Positions 1 through 10,375 of a stretch of 46,343 bases of DNA are shown here, one piece after another. The notes beneath the pieces are model-generated. The model saw only the letters and a list, made by a program, of their open reading frames with translations. It was not told the DNA's origin and made no database searches. The translations under genes and the position numbers were made by a program. Each line of letters starts with the position of its first letter. The first letter of the stretch is position 1. The stretch comes from Candidatus Dadabacteria bacterium (GTDB lineage Bacteria; Desulfobacterota_D; UBA1144; Nemesobacterales; CSP1-2): NCBI GenBank assembly GCA_040289575.1, contig PSLL01000001.1, positions 120,096 through 166,438 on the forward strand, written 5' to 3'.

Positions 1-1
1 T

Positions 2-259
2 GACAACTCTGACTGGAAGCAGACTCTGGATGTATCGCGTGTAATTAAAGCAGAGATTGTTTATGGAATTCGTGAGGAGATGGCACAGAAGCTAACGGAT
101 GTAGTCTTTAGACGCACTGAGCTTGGCTCAGGTGGTAACCCTGGAGATACGGCTTTGAAAACCTGTGCCGCCATTATGGCAAAAGAGTTTGGTTGGGATG
201 AATATAGGATTCAGACTGAGATAGGAGAAGTAAAGGCTGTATTCTCTACCTTGGATTGA
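2..259 (+). CDS. 3' end of a GlpD-like FAD-dependent glycerol-3-phosphate dehydrogenase/oxidase family protein (partial)
   Basis: My translation of frame 2 (not in the ORF track) gives ...KAEIVYGIREEMAQKLTDVVFRRTELGSGG...AAIMAKEFGWDE...*, which matches the GlpD C-terminal domain pattern. TGA at 257-259 overlaps the next gene start. Confidence 0.8.
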   Translation, partial: DNSDWKQTLDVSRVIKAEIVYGIREEMAQKLTDVVFRRTELGSGGNPGDTALKTCAAIMAKEFGWDEYRIQTEIGEVKAVFSTLD

Positions 260-1056
260 AGATTATGGACACTGTGGTTGAGAACTGGCCGGTTGCCCTT
301 TTCAATAAGTCTGTTCTTAAACAGAGAAAACTAAAAGAAATTACAACTCTGTTGGGGAAAACAGACTCCTTAATGTGTCTAGACATTGGATCGGACAACG
401 GAGTTATAAGTTATCTGCTAAGACAAAGGGGTGGTTTTTGGAAAAGCGCTGATTTGGATGAAGGTGCCGTTTGTTCCATACGTGAGTTGGTAAAGTCGGA
501 TGTATTCCAAATCAATGGCCTTCAGACTCCTTTTGAAGATAATGAATTTGACAGGGTTGTTATTGTTGATTTTCTTGAGCATATTGCTACGGATAGAGAA
601 TTTATAGATGAGCTATTTAGAATAATGAAGCCCCGTGGGGAGCTAATTATTAATGTCCCCCATATTAAGAACGGTCTGCTTAGGCAATTTCGCCTAAGCA
701 TAGGACAAACAGATGAGAAACATGGGCATTTACGTCCGGGATATACAACGGAGGAGATTAGGTCGCTCCTAGGCAGTAATTTTACCCTAACTTCATATAA
801 AACCTACTCCAAATTTTTCTCTGAATTCATTGATACGCTTATCACTTTCGGATATGGAATACTTAAAGGCTCGGACTATGAGGGGTCTAAAAAGGGTGTT
901 TTTGTTACTGGGAGTGATATAGAAGAGAGGTACAAGGGGCTTTTCAAGATTTATTCACTGATTTACCCTGTAGTTTGGTTTTTTTCTAAGCTAGATTTAC
1001 TCCTTTTTTTTCAGAGTGGATACATGTTGATTTTGAAGGCTAGGGTTAATAAGTGA
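256..1056 (+). CDS. Class I SAM-dependent methyltransferase
   Basis: LDIGSDNG motif I; FEDNEFD..VDFLEHI; RIMKPRGELIINVP. The start may be the ATG a few codons downstream. Confidence 0.85.
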   Translation: MKIMDTVVENWPVALFNKSVLKQRKLKEITTLLGKTDSLMCLDIGSDNGVISYLLRQRGGFWKSADLDEGAVCSIRELVKSDVFQINGLQTPFEDNEFDRVVIVDFLEHIATDREFIDELFRIMKPRGELIINVPHIKNGLLRQFRLSIGQTDEKHGHLRPGYTTEEIRSLLGSNFTLTSYKTYSKFFSEFIDTLITFGYGILKGSDYEGSKKGVFVTGSDIEERYKGLFKIYSLIYPVVWFFSKLDLLLFFQSGYMLILKARVNK

Positions 1057-1082
1057 TTCTATGGGCTTATTAGGAGGAAAAG

Positions 1083-2066
1083 ATGAGGGTTTTGGTTACA
1101 GGGGGAACAGGATTTACTGGAAGTGCACTGGTAAAGAGGCTATTAAATGAGGGGCATGAGGTAATAGCATTGGACTATAAAGAGGGGATCCAATTTGATA
1201 GTCTTCGCTCTATGGGTGCAAAGACATTTATAGGCACTGTTACGGATAAAAAGATAGTTGAGCGATGTATGGAGGGTGTAGATATTGTATTTCATCTGGC
1301 GGCTGCATTTCGTGAGTTGAATGTTCCCGATGGGTATTATTACGATGTAAATGTCAACGGGACACGTAATGTATTAGAAGCGGCGTACATAAATGGGGTA
1401 AAGAAATTCATATATTGCAGCACCTGTGGGGTCCATGGGAATATTGAAAACCCTCCGGCAAATGAAGATGCGCCAATTACCCCTGCTGATTACTATCAAA
1501 GGACAAAGTATGAAGCAGAACCTATTGTGAAGGAATATGCAAATAGAGGGATGAAAACTGTGATCTTGCGTCCGGCGGCTATATACGGTCCGGGTGATCC
1601 GGAGAGATTTTTTATGATCTTCAAAAGGGTAGCAAAGGGCTCTTTTCCTATGTTTGGAAGCGGGGATACCCTTTATCACCCTCTGTATATTGATAATCTC
1701 ATTGACGCATTCATGATTTGTATGGAGCCGGATAAGGGGAACGGTAGGGAGTATCTGATCGCCGATGAAGAATACTTTCCTATAAAAGAGATAGTAAAGA
1801 AGGTCGGTGAGGCTTTGAATGTTCCTGTTAAAATAAACCACTATCCTGTGATGCCCATTGTTATTGCTGGCCATATTGTCGAAAAAGTATGTAAGCCCCT
1901 GGGAATTGCCCCCCCTATTTTTCCTAGAAGGGTTGATTGGTACAGACAAAATAGGGCTTTTGATATTACCAGGGCAAAAAAGGAGTTAGGATACATCCCT
2001 AAAATAGGATTAGACGAGGGCCTAAGAAGGACTGGGCAGTGGTACAAAGAGAGGGGATACTTATAG
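1083..2066 (+). CDS. NAD-dependent epimerase/dehydratase (extended SDR)
   Basis: TGGTGFTG Rossmann motif, HLAA, catalytic YQRTK (YxxxK); AGGAGG SD upstream. Confidence 0.92.
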   Translation: MRVLVTGGTGFTGSALVKRLLNEGHEVIALDYKEGIQFDSLRSMGAKTFIGTVTDKKIVERCMEGVDIVFHLAAAFRELNVPDGYYYDVNVNGTRNVLEAAYINGVKKFIYCSTCGVHGNIENPPANEDAPITPADYYQRTKYEAEPIVKEYANRGMKTVILRPAAIYGPGDPERFFMIFKRVAKGSFPMFGSGDTLYHPLYIDNLIDAFMICMEPDKGNGREYLIADEEYFPIKEIVKKVGEALNVPVKINHYPVMPIVIAGHIVEKVCKPLGIAPPIFPRRVDWYRQNRAFDITRAKKELGYIPKIGLDEGLRRTGQWYKERGYL

Positions 2067-2102
2067 AAATATGAGTGCATTAACTCATCAATGGAGCAAA
2101 TG

Positions 2103-4076
2103 ATGTGCGGAATAGCCGGTATTGTATCCGAATGTCCCGATCTATTTGAGGCTCTACCAAGGATGGTGTCATTACTTGCCCATCGTGGTCCGGATGATGA
2201 AGGGATAGAATATCTCAATGGCGCAGCCTTAGGACACCGTAGATTAAGCATCATTGATCTTGCAGGAGGGCATCAGCCTATGTTTAATGCCTCTAGATCT
2301 CTGGCTATTGTTTTTAATGGTGAGATCTATAACTACCCTTCTCTAAAGAAACAACTGGAGGCTGAAGGTAGGTATTTTCAAACACGTTCAGATACAGAGG
2401 TAATTCTCCATTTATATGAAAAATACGGTAAGGACTGTGTAAAGTATCTAGATGGAATGTTTGCTTTTGCGATATGGGATATAAGGAGGAAAAGGCTCGT
2501 TCTGGCTAGGGATCACGTAGGTCAAAAACCCCTCTTTTTCTGTGAACTGCAAGACGGGCTTGCATTTGCTTCAGAGGTTAAAAGCCTTCTGGCGAGTGGC
2601 TTTGTAAAACGAGAGACTGACTTAGAGGCACTTTATCATTACATCTCTTTAAGATTCATACCTGATCAGCTCACACTATTTAAGGGTATAAGAAAGCTTC
2701 CCGCTGCTCATCGGCTTATATATGAAAATAGCAGAATAAGGATAGAGCGTTATTGGGATTTTTCCTGTCTTGATAAGATAAATGGAACAGAAGAGGAAAT
2801 TACGGATCAGCTAGATCATATACTTTCCCAAACTGTAGCGGATCATATGCTAAGCGATGTATCCATAGGCTGTTTCTTAAGCGGAGGGATTGACTCCAGT
2901 TTAATTACTGCTATGGCGGCAAAGCGATCCGAGGAGCCTATTTCTACCTTTTCCATTGGTGTTAAGGAGCAGGATTTTAATGAACTTCCCTTTGCAGAAC
3001 TAGTAGCAAGGCAATACAAAACCAAACACTATGAAAAGGTAGTTCAGGCGGATTTAATTCATCTAGTGCCTAAAATGATCTGGCATTTAGATGAACCCTC
3101 TGACCCATTTGGGGTAGGTGTATATCTAGTTTCAGAGTTGGCATCAAGGTATGTGAAAGTCGTACTTAGCGGGGATGGAGGAGATGAGCTTTTTGCCGGA
3201 TATGACCGTTTCTCCGGTAACCGTCTTGCGGATTTCTATTGTGTGATTCCGAGGTTCCTACGAAAGTCTCTGTTTAAGAGGATGATAAATAAGATTCCCG
3301 AGAGCTTTGCGTACAAGAGCCTTTCTCAAAAACTGCGCTGGTTAAACGAGATGTCTCTACTGGACCATGGCGATCGTTATGCCGAGAGTATGAGTTTTTT
3401 GAGATATACGGAGGAAGCTAAATCACGGTTGCTTACTGATTGGGTAAAAAAGGAATTGGGTTATATTGATTCTAAAGAGAAGATATTGGTTCACTTTAAT
3501 TCCCATAATGTGGATGAGTTAGTTGATCGAATGCTCTACACTGACCTTATGACACGTATGCCCGACCATCTTCTGTCGATTGTAGATAGAATGGCTATGG
3601 CACATGGGCTTGAGGTAAGGCCCCCTCTTTTGGAGCATAAGATGGTCGAATTTGCTGCCCGAATCCCGGCCCACTTAAAGCTCAATGGGGCTAAATTAAA
3701 ATATATCCTGCGCAAGGTGGCTTCAAGATATATACATCCCAGTTTGGTCTCTCGAAGGAAGCAGGGTTTTGGTTTTCCATTGGCGTATTGGATGAGAGAT
3801 GAGCTGAAAACATTTTTAAGACAGATTGTAAAGGAGTCACGTTTCATCGAGAGTCAAATCTTTAATCATGAATATGTCCATAATATGGTAGAGGAGCATA
3901 TTGTTGGTAAGAGAGACCATAATTTTAGGATATGGATATTTATGAACTTAGAAATATGGTATCGCATATTTATTGAGCAGCAAACGCTTGAGGGTATACG
4001 GGGATGGATTAACAGATACGTATCCCCGATTAAATCGGGGATGGAAGAGAGAATATCAAAGATGGCCAACTGCTAG
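2103..4076 (+). CDS. asnB: Asparagine synthase (glutamine-hydrolysing) family amidotransferase, probably glycan amidation
   Basis: MCGIAG Ntn nucleophile start (ATG 2103), HRGPD, RRLSIID, FNGEIYN, LSGGIDSS, SGDGGDELFAGY, RKQGF. Confidence 0.93.
   Translation: MCGIAGIVSECPDLFEALPRMVSLLAHRGPDDEGIEYLNGAALGHRRLSIIDLAGGHQPMFNASRSLAIVFNGEIYNYPSLKKQLEAEGRYFQTRSDTEVILHLYEKYGKDCVKYLDGMFAFAIWDIRRKRLVLARDHVGQKPLFFCELQDGLAFASEVKSLLASGFVKRETDLEALYHYISLRFIPDQLTLFKGIRKLPAAHRLIYENSRIRIERYWDFSCLDKINGTEEEITDQLDHILSQTVADHMLSDVSIGCFLSGGIDSSLITAMAAKRSEEPISTFSIGVKEQDFNELPFAELVARQYKTKHYEKVVQADLIHLVPKMIWHLDEPSDPFGVGVYLVSELASRYVKVVLSGDGGDELFAGYDRFSGNRLADFYCVIPRFLRKSLFKRMINKIPESFAYKSLSQKLRWLNEMSLLDHGDRYAESMSFLRYTEEAKSRLLTDWVKKELGYIDSKEKILVHFNSHNVDELVDRMLYTDLMTRMPDHLLSIVDRMAMAHGLEVRPPLLEHKMVEFAARIPAHLKLNGAKLKYILRKVASRYIHPSLVSRRKQGFGFPLAYWMRDELKTFLRQIVKESRFIESQIFNHEYVHNMVEEHIVGKRDHNFRIWIFMNLEIWYRIFIEQQTLEGIRGWINRYVSPIKSGMEERISKMANC
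4022..4042. repeat. 21-nt palindrome ATCCCCGATT-A-AATCGGGGAT inside the asnB 3' tail
   Basis: Perfect 10-bp inverted arms read directly from the sequence. Confidence 0.7.
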
Positions 4077-4086
4077 TTAAAGTTCC

Positions 4087-4854
4087 ATGGAAACGTATAG
4101 AGATTTAAAGGTACAGAAATCACTTGGGGATGAGAAAAGATCAAATCTAAGGAAATACTCGGAGCTGATTGTTGGAAGCCATAGTATTTGGGAGATAATT
4201 AAGTATGAGTTGATTATTACTTTTGTTAGTTGGCTTCCCGGTGCACTTGGACTTTTTTTAAGGAGCAAGCTCTATCCATCAATTATAGGTAGGGTAGGGA
4301 GAAGGGTAATTTTTGGTAGGAACATTGCCCTTAGACATCCAAAGAAGATTCAAATTGGGGATAATGTCATAATTGATGACAATACGATGCTCGATGCGAA
4401 GGGTTTTAGTAATAGTGGAATTATAATTGAAGACGGTGTCTTTATTGGAAGAAATTGTATTTTATATTGCAAAAATGGAGACATATATTTAAAAAGAAAC
4501 GTCAATATCGGGCATAACTGCACGGTGTTTTCTTCTAATAAGGTCACTATTTATGAAAACACCCTTGTATCTGCTTATTGCTATATTTTAAGCGGTGGCG
4601 AGTATGATTATACAAGTGAGGAAGTCAGGATGATTGATCAAGGCGGGGGGGATTCAATAGGTGATTTAGAAATAGGTAGTAATTGTTGGATTGGGGCTGG
4701 AGTCATCGTCACGGATGGTGCATCTATTGGAGATAACTCAGTTATCGGAGCAGGGGCTGTTGTGACAAAACCAGTTCCAACCAATTCTGTTGCAGTTGGC
4801 ATTCCGGCAAAGGTTATTAAGACCATAGAAAAGGCTAGAGCAACCAAGTCATGA
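4087..4854 (+). CDS. Hexapeptide-repeat (left-handed beta-helix) O-acyltransferase
   Basis: Repeats IQIGDNVIIDD, IIEDGVFIGRN, IGSNCWIGAGV, IGDNSVIGAGAVVTK; C-terminal GIPAKVIK. Confidence 0.9.
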   Translation: METYRDLKVQKSLGDEKRSNLRKYSELIVGSHSIWEIIKYELIITFVSWLPGALGLFLRSKLYPSIIGRVGRRVIFGRNIALRHPKKIQIGDNVIIDDNTMLDAKGFSNSGIIIEDGVFIGRNCILYCKNGDIYLKRNVNIGHNCTVFSSNKVTIYENTLVSAYCYILSGGEYDYTSEEVRMIDQGGGDSIGDLEIGSNCWIGAGVIVTDGASIGDNSVIGAGAVVTKPVPTNSVAVGIPAKVIKTIEKARATKS

Positions 4855-4959
4855 TGCAAATAGACGGTCAGAGCCCAAATCAGTATAGAGTTCCATTTGA
4901 TTTAATCTCCTGAAACCGGGGACATATTTTTTCCAAATAATGCATTGGGGGTAGTAGAT

Positions 4960-6081
4960 ATGAGAATAGGAGTGATGTTACGTTCAATAGATGAAAAAGG
5001 GGGTATCGGAGTATACAGCCGTTACATAACTGAAGAGCTATTAAAGGTAGATCCCAGAAACGAATACGTGTTGTTCTATCGTAATAGAGAAAATATAGGG
5101 CGATATTCTAAATACGATAATGTGGAAGAAAAATATGTCTATGCTCCAAATAAGGCCCTTTGGGATCAAGTGGCTATTCCTTATGCGGCAAAGAGGGAGG
5201 GGATTAATTTAATTTTTCATCCTAAATTTACCGTTCCAATATTTACTAACTCTAAGACGGTGATGGTTCTACATGGGGCGGATTGGTTTATTCCCGAATT
5301 TGCAAGGTTCTACAATAGATATGACATACTCTACGTTAAGAAGATTATGCCGATTTACTGTAAAAAAGCCGATTTTATTATTTCTGTCTCGGAACTTACA
5401 ACGATAAATTTTATAAATATCTTAGGGATCAATCCAAACAAGATAAGAACCATCTATTTTGCCGCTAATGACATTTTCCAACCTATAAGGGATGACAGAG
5501 TCTTAGGAGAGGTAAAGCTGAAATACAGCTTACCGGATGAGTTTATATTAACTGTTACAGGGTATGATCCTAATAGAAAAGAACGGAAAAACTTCGGCGG
5601 TGTATTAAGCTCATTTCAAAAACTCCACGAGAAATATTCCTGCAAATTGGTTGTCGTTGGGAAGGAGTGCTGGAGATATAAAGAAGACTATAAAATTGAT
5701 GAGCTTAAATTGGGTAAGGATATATTATTCACAGGATGGGTAGAACAAAGAGATTTACCCGCCTTTTATAATCTAGCATCGCTTTATCTTTATCCCTCTA
5801 ATGTTGAGGCATTTCCAATACCAATATGTGAGGCTATGGCCTGTGGCTGCCCGATTGTGACTTCAAATGCAAATGGCCTTTATGAAATAGCCGGAGACGC
5901 AGCTATACTGGTTGATCCAAATGATTCGGATCAAATAGCCGAGGCTATGTTCAGGATATTGACAAGTCAAGAGTTAAGGAGAAACCTATCTGAGAAGGGT
6001 TTACAAAGATCCAAATTGTTCAGTTGGAAGAAGTGCGCAAAAGAAACACTCGAAATATTTGAGAGTCTCAATCATAACTAA
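4960..6081 (+). CDS. Glycosyltransferase family 4 (GT-B)
   Basis: RKNF, YPSNVEAFPIPICEAMACGCPIV, FSWKKCA. ATG 4960 preferred over TTG 4945. Confidence 0.92.
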   Translation: MRIGVMLRSIDEKGGIGVYSRYITEELLKVDPRNEYVLFYRNRENIGRYSKYDNVEEKYVYAPNKALWDQVAIPYAAKREGINLIFHPKFTVPIFTNSKTVMVLHGADWFIPEFARFYNRYDILYVKKIMPIYCKKADFIISVSELTTINFINILGINPNKIRTIYFAANDIFQPIRDDRVLGEVKLKYSLPDEFILTVTGYDPNRKERKNFGGVLSSFQKLHEKYSCKLVVVGKECWRYKEDYKIDELKLGKDILFTGWVEQRDLPAFYNLASLYLYPSNVEAFPIPICEAMACGCPIVTSNANGLYEIAGDAAILVDPNDSDQIAEAMFRILTSQELRRNLSEKGLQRSKLFSWKKCAKETLEIFESLNHN

Positions 6082-6217
6082 GAGAGTGTATTACCACTAT
6101 TATTTTAGGATTTAATATTTGTTATCCTGTACAATAACTACGGTAAGTATCCTGACACTGGAATTGTCGATATTAGACTCCTAATAGGAAAAGGGCATTA
6201 AGCGCTGGATGTCTTAA

Positions 6218-7693
6218 ATGAAACAAGTAAGTACTATAACAAAAGAAGCGAGTATTACAACAAAAAACATATCAGCAGTAGTCCTCCTCAGGGTGCTTCA
6301 ATATCCATTTTTATTTCTTGCCGTAACTTTAATTCCTCGACTGATGGGTCCAGAAATCTATGGAGAGTATGCGCTTTTAATCTCTATAATTGTAATTTCA
6401 AGTTCCATAGTTTACCTTGGGTTTGGAGAAGTCCTAGTAAGGTTCGTACCGGAGTTGGAGATCCATGGAGAGTCGGCAAGCACTGTAAGGTTATCTTCCA
6501 ATATTCTTGCCTTTAAGGTTGCCGTTGACCTCGTTGTCTCTATAGTTCTATTTTCAATACTTAATCTCGCTTATGGAGATAGATTTTCAATCATTTACTT
6601 TCTACTGATTGTCGTCATCCTGTTGGTGGCTGATGTGGGGAGTATTCCTTATTTTCTCTTATTCGGCCTAAATAAATTAGGTAAATACTCTTTGCGTGAT
6701 CCATTTAGAAGAGCACTGGGTTTAGTCTTTATACTTATTCTATTCAATTACTATGGGCTTGTGGGGGCGATAGCGTCTACATTGTTGGTAGAGACTTCTC
6801 TTGCGATACTCTATTTTTTTTGGACTCGAAGGTATTTTCGTATTGAGAGTTTTGGAATTGATCTATCCCTTCTAAAGCCCTATCTAAAATTCGGTTTTAT
6901 ATTCTATATATCTGTGGGGATATTAAATATTTGGCAGAGGTTGGGTAATCCATTAATAGAGTATATAACCAGGGATTCACGTGAGGTTGCTCTTTTTGAC
7001 ATACCGAATCAGATTCTTCTTATGGTGCTCAATTTCATTCCTATTCTTATAACTTATTTTATTCCTATTTTTACTGAACTCTTGTTAACTGGTAAAGAGG
7101 GAAAACTCATCAATTGGTCAAATCTAATTATGAAGTATATAGGAACCTTCTGTACGATAATCTTTTTTGGTTTCATACTTATGGGTCCTGATTTAATCCC
7201 TATAATTATTGGCTCTAAGTATAAGGGAATTTTTCCCAATGGGATTGTACTACTTTTAGCTATATTTCCTATGAGCTTTGCTCAGTTAGGTAGTGTTTTC
7301 TCACTGGTCTATAAAGAGCCTAGGAAATATCTTCAGGCTCTTTGTTTTGCTTTCTCTACATTTCTAGTTGTCTCTATTTTACTTATACCGAAGTATGCTT
7401 CGATGGGTTGTGCGATTGCCACTTTTATCTCCTCCATGGTTTTGGCTGTGGTTTTATATTTTTATTTTAGAGAGAAACTACTTCCATGCCTAGCCGACGG
7501 GCTTAAAACTGTCTTTCTAGGATTTATATTTGTGCCTTTTCTCTTCTTTAGAGGAGGATTAATCACAAATTTATCCTTAGCCGTTTGCTCTGTGCTGGTT
7601 TATATACTTTTGTTGTTTATCATTAGGGCCTTAAATCTAGATGAAATTAAGGAAATATCTCGGGCTATAAGGTATCGGCCTTTAGAATTATAG
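6218..7693 (+). CDS. wzx: Wzx-like polysaccharide flippase (MOP superfamily)
   Basis: 491 aa with many hydrophobic segments; N-terminal IPRLMGPEIYGEY; C-terminal LLIPKYASMGCAIAT. Confidence 0.8.
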   Translation: MKQVSTITKEASITTKNISAVVLLRVLQYPFLFLAVTLIPRLMGPEIYGEYALLISIIVISSSIVYLGFGEVLVRFVPELEIHGESASTVRLSSNILAFKVAVDLVVSIVLFSILNLAYGDRFSIIYFLLIVVILLVADVGSIPYFLLFGLNKLGKYSLRDPFRRALGLVFILILFNYYGLVGAIASTLLVETSLAILYFFWTRRYFRIESFGIDLSLLKPYLKFGFIFYISVGILNIWQRLGNPLIEYITRDSREVALFDIPNQILLMVLNFIPILITYFIPIFTELLLTGKEGKLINWSNLIMKYIGTFCTIIFFGFILMGPDLIPIIIGSKYKGIFPNGIVLLLAIFPMSFAQLGSVFSLVYKEPRKYLQALCFAFSTFLVVSILLIPKYASMGCAIATFISSMVLAVVLYFYFREKLLPCLADGLKTVFLGFIFVPFLFFRGGLITNLSLAVCSVLVYILLLFIIRALNLDEIKEISRAIRYRPLEL

Positions 7694-7889
7694 GAGCTTC
7701 TATATACAAAGGGAGCAGGAAGGCTATCTCCTTATCGTAGCCCGAAAGGCTCTATGTACTTAGGGACCGGCTTAAGGTTTTGCTTGAGATAAGTAAATCA
7801 GTCAATTCTAGTAGTCTAAATTTGAAATTCGAGTGTGTATTAGTAATGTGTTTCAAAAAGACTGGCTAGGGAGGCTATTTAGATAAGAG

Positions 7890-9725
7890 ATGGCTTCATT
7901 ACGCTTTGCTATAATCTGTAATGGAATGACATTTCCGCGATGGCAAGCCGAATGTCTAAAGAAGATTCTTGAATTAGGTAATGTCCATATCGCCTTGCTT
8001 ATATTGAATTATGATAATGTTGTCTCAAGGAACCCGTTTATCGGGGTTTTTACCAGGTTAAGAAGACTAAACTTTAGAGAGATTCTATTTCAATTTTACA
8101 GTTCTTTAATTGCCCAGTCATCCCCATTTAGACCAGTAAATATGATGAACCTCCTTTCCCGTGTGCCTTCAATCCACTGTAAGGTGGTCAATGACATTGG
8201 GGATTCAGCGTATTTTAGCAATGAATACATAAGTAGAATCAGGCAATTTGACCTGGATTTCATTCTAAATTTTGGGTTTAATGTCCTTTGTGGAGATATA
8301 CTTAATTCGGCCCGCTATGGTGTCTGGTCATTTCATCACAGCGATGAGGTGAAATACGGAGGAATCCTTGATTGCTTCTGGGAAACTTACAGTGATGATC
8401 ATCATGTAATAGGGGTTGTGTTGAAGAGACTCACAGGATGCCTTGATGGAGGTGTTATTCTCAGGAAGGGCTTCTTTCCGAACATTTCATATTCTTTTAC
8501 TGCTAACTTGCGTATGATATTTCTCGAAACTTCATGCTGGCCCATGCAGGTATGTATTGATATACTTAATGGCAACATTGAGTACTTAAATGCTCCTCCT
8601 TCTCCGATGACGGTCATTACGTATCGTACTCCGAGTAACTCCCAGATGGTGTTGTTTTTACTTAAGCTACTGAGAGGCTTCTTTATAAAGAAATTTAATC
8701 GCTTTTTTTATCATGAGGAGTGGAATATTGGGATTATAAAAGAGCCGATAAGCGCGCTTCTAAAGACCGAGGTTAGACCTGCAATTCAGTGGCTTCCAAA
8801 ACCTGAAAAAGACCATTATCTAGCTGATCCATTTGCAATCGCCAAGGATCACAAATTTTACATATTTTGTGAAGATTTTGATTGTAACTCTGGTAAAGGT
8901 GTCATTTCAAATATAGAGCTTAGTAATAACTCGTATTCCATTGTGAAAAAGGAAATTGTACTTAGCACCTCTTTTCATTTGTCTTATCCTTTTCTTTTTG
9001 AATATAAGGGTGAGTTTTACTGTATCCCCGAAACATCAGACGCTTGCGAAATAGCAATTTATAGAGCTGAGCATTTTCCATCGCGCTGGATAAAAGTCTG
9101 TACACTCATAAAGGATTTTCCGGGTATTGACAGTACTATTTTCAAATACGGGAGTTACTGGTGGCTTTTCTGTACAAACGCGAAAGACGGTATGATGTAT
9201 AAACTGTTCATCTGGTATGCTCCGAATTTGACTGGACCATGGGAGCCTCATAAGTTAAATCCCGTCAAGATTGATGTGCGATCTGTGCGTCCGGCTGGTA
9301 CTCCATTTATGCACGATAGCTGTCTATATCGTCCTGCACAGGATTGTTCTGTAACGTATGGAGGACGAGTTGTATTAAATCGGATAGTCCGACTCACACC
9401 AGTGGCCTTTGAAGAAGAGCCTATAGTGAGTATTGAGCCAGACAGGAATAGTCATTATCGAGATGGGCTACATACAATATCAGCAGCTGGGGATGTTACA
9501 TTAGTAGATGGTAAGCGCCGAGTATTCTCATTTAGAGCTTTTATCTATACGGTACGATATATGCTTAAGGATTTTTTATGGGATCGGCGGGGGAATGGCT
9601 CTTTAAGATTTTTGAAATATGGGAGGTATACAGGATGGGCAAAGGTATTATTCGCCGTCTTATCAATCTGTGTGGCTATGACATCGTTTCACTCTATCCC
9701 CCTGACTTCTCTACAGAGGATATAG
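7890..9725 (+). CDS. Degenerate formyltransferase-like N-domain plus GH43-like five-blade beta-propeller (GINT1 N-terminal-like family)
   Basis: DFILNFGF..GDILNSARYGVWSFHH (formyltransferase-like); YLADPF, HLSYPF, YCIPET, RPAG, RPAQDC..YG, LHT (propeller motifs). Confidence 0.7.
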   Translation: MASLRFAIICNGMTFPRWQAECLKKILELGNVHIALLILNYDNVVSRNPFIGVFTRLRRLNFREILFQFYSSLIAQSSPFRPVNMMNLLSRVPSIHCKVVNDIGDSAYFSNEYISRIRQFDLDFILNFGFNVLCGDILNSARYGVWSFHHSDEVKYGGILDCFWETYSDDHHVIGVVLKRLTGCLDGGVILRKGFFPNISYSFTANLRMIFLETSCWPMQVCIDILNGNIEYLNAPPSPMTVITYRTPSNSQMVLFLLKLLRGFFIKKFNRFFYHEEWNIGIIKEPISALLKTEVRPAIQWLPKPEKDHYLADPFAIAKDHKFYIFCEDFDCNSGKGVISNIELSNNSYSIVKKEIVLSTSFHLSYPFLFEYKGEFYCIPETSDACEIAIYRAEHFPSRWIKVCTLIKDFPGIDSTIFKYGSYWWLFCTNAKDGMMYKLFIWYAPNLTGPWEPHKLNPVKIDVRSVRPAGTPFMHDSCLYRPAQDCSVTYGGRVVLNRIVRLTPVAFEEEPIVSIEPDRNSHYRDGLHTISAAGDVTLVDGKRRVFSFRAFIYTVRYMLKDFLWDRRGNGSLRFLKYGRYTGWAKVLFAVLSICVAMTSFHSIPLTSLQRI

Positions 9726-10375
9726 AAATCGTCAAACTCGTACGACCATATACAATGACTCGTCCTGAGCAGATTGTAGCTTTGGCCACTTCAGTAAAAT
9801 ATATTGTTGAAAATGGTATTAGAGGTGATCTAGTAGAATGTGGTGTATGGCGGGGGGGAAGCGCTATGGCGATGTTATACACACTGCTTAAGCTTGGGGA
9901 CACTGAACGGACGATTTATTTGTATGACACTTATAATGGAATGACACCACCTGGTGCAAAAGATGTTGCACACACCGGAGAATCCGCAGTTGATCTGCTT
10001 AATAAAGCAAAAAGAAAAACCGCCTCAAACATTTGGTGCTGGGCAACGATCGAGGATGTAACCAAGAATGTTTTATCTACCGGGTATCCAAAGGACAAAA
10101 TCGTATTGGTTGAGGGTGATGTAAGACAAACAATTCCCCAAACCGTTCCTACTGAGATTGCACTCCTAAGACTTGACACCGATTGGTATGAGTCCACAAG
10201 GCATGAGCTTATACACCTATTCCCGCGTTTGACCGATAAGGGCGTTCTAATAGTAGATGATTATGGACACTGGAGAGGGGTAAAGGATGCGGTTGATGAG
10301 TACTTTAGTAGTCATAAGTATAAACCACTTCTGCATCGAATCGACTACTCGGGAAGGTATTTAGTTAAGGTGTAA
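9635..10375 (+). CDS. TylF/MycF/NovP-family sugar O-methyltransferase
   Basis: GDLVECGVWRGGS, LRLDTDWYEST, IVDDYGHW. GGAGG SD at 9622-9626 supports ATG 9635 rather than 9578. Confidence 0.92.
   Translation: MGKGIIRRLINLCGYDIVSLYPPDFSTEDIEIVKLVRPYTMTRPEQIVALATSVKYIVENGIRGDLVECGVWRGGSAMAMLYTLLKLGDTERTIYLYDTYNGMTPPGAKDVAHTGESAVDLLNKAKRKTASNIWCWATIEDVTKNVLSTGYPKDKIVLVEGDVRQTIPQTVPTEIALLRLDTDWYESTRHELIHLFPRLTDKGVLIVDDYGHWRGVKDAVDEYFSSHKYKPLLHRIDYSGRYLVKV

Noticed and set aside
7694..7889. Structured ncRNA or riboswitch in the gap after the first flippase
   Set aside because: Only a 4-bp hairpin (AGCC-CGAAA-GGCT) was found, and it matches no family I recognise.
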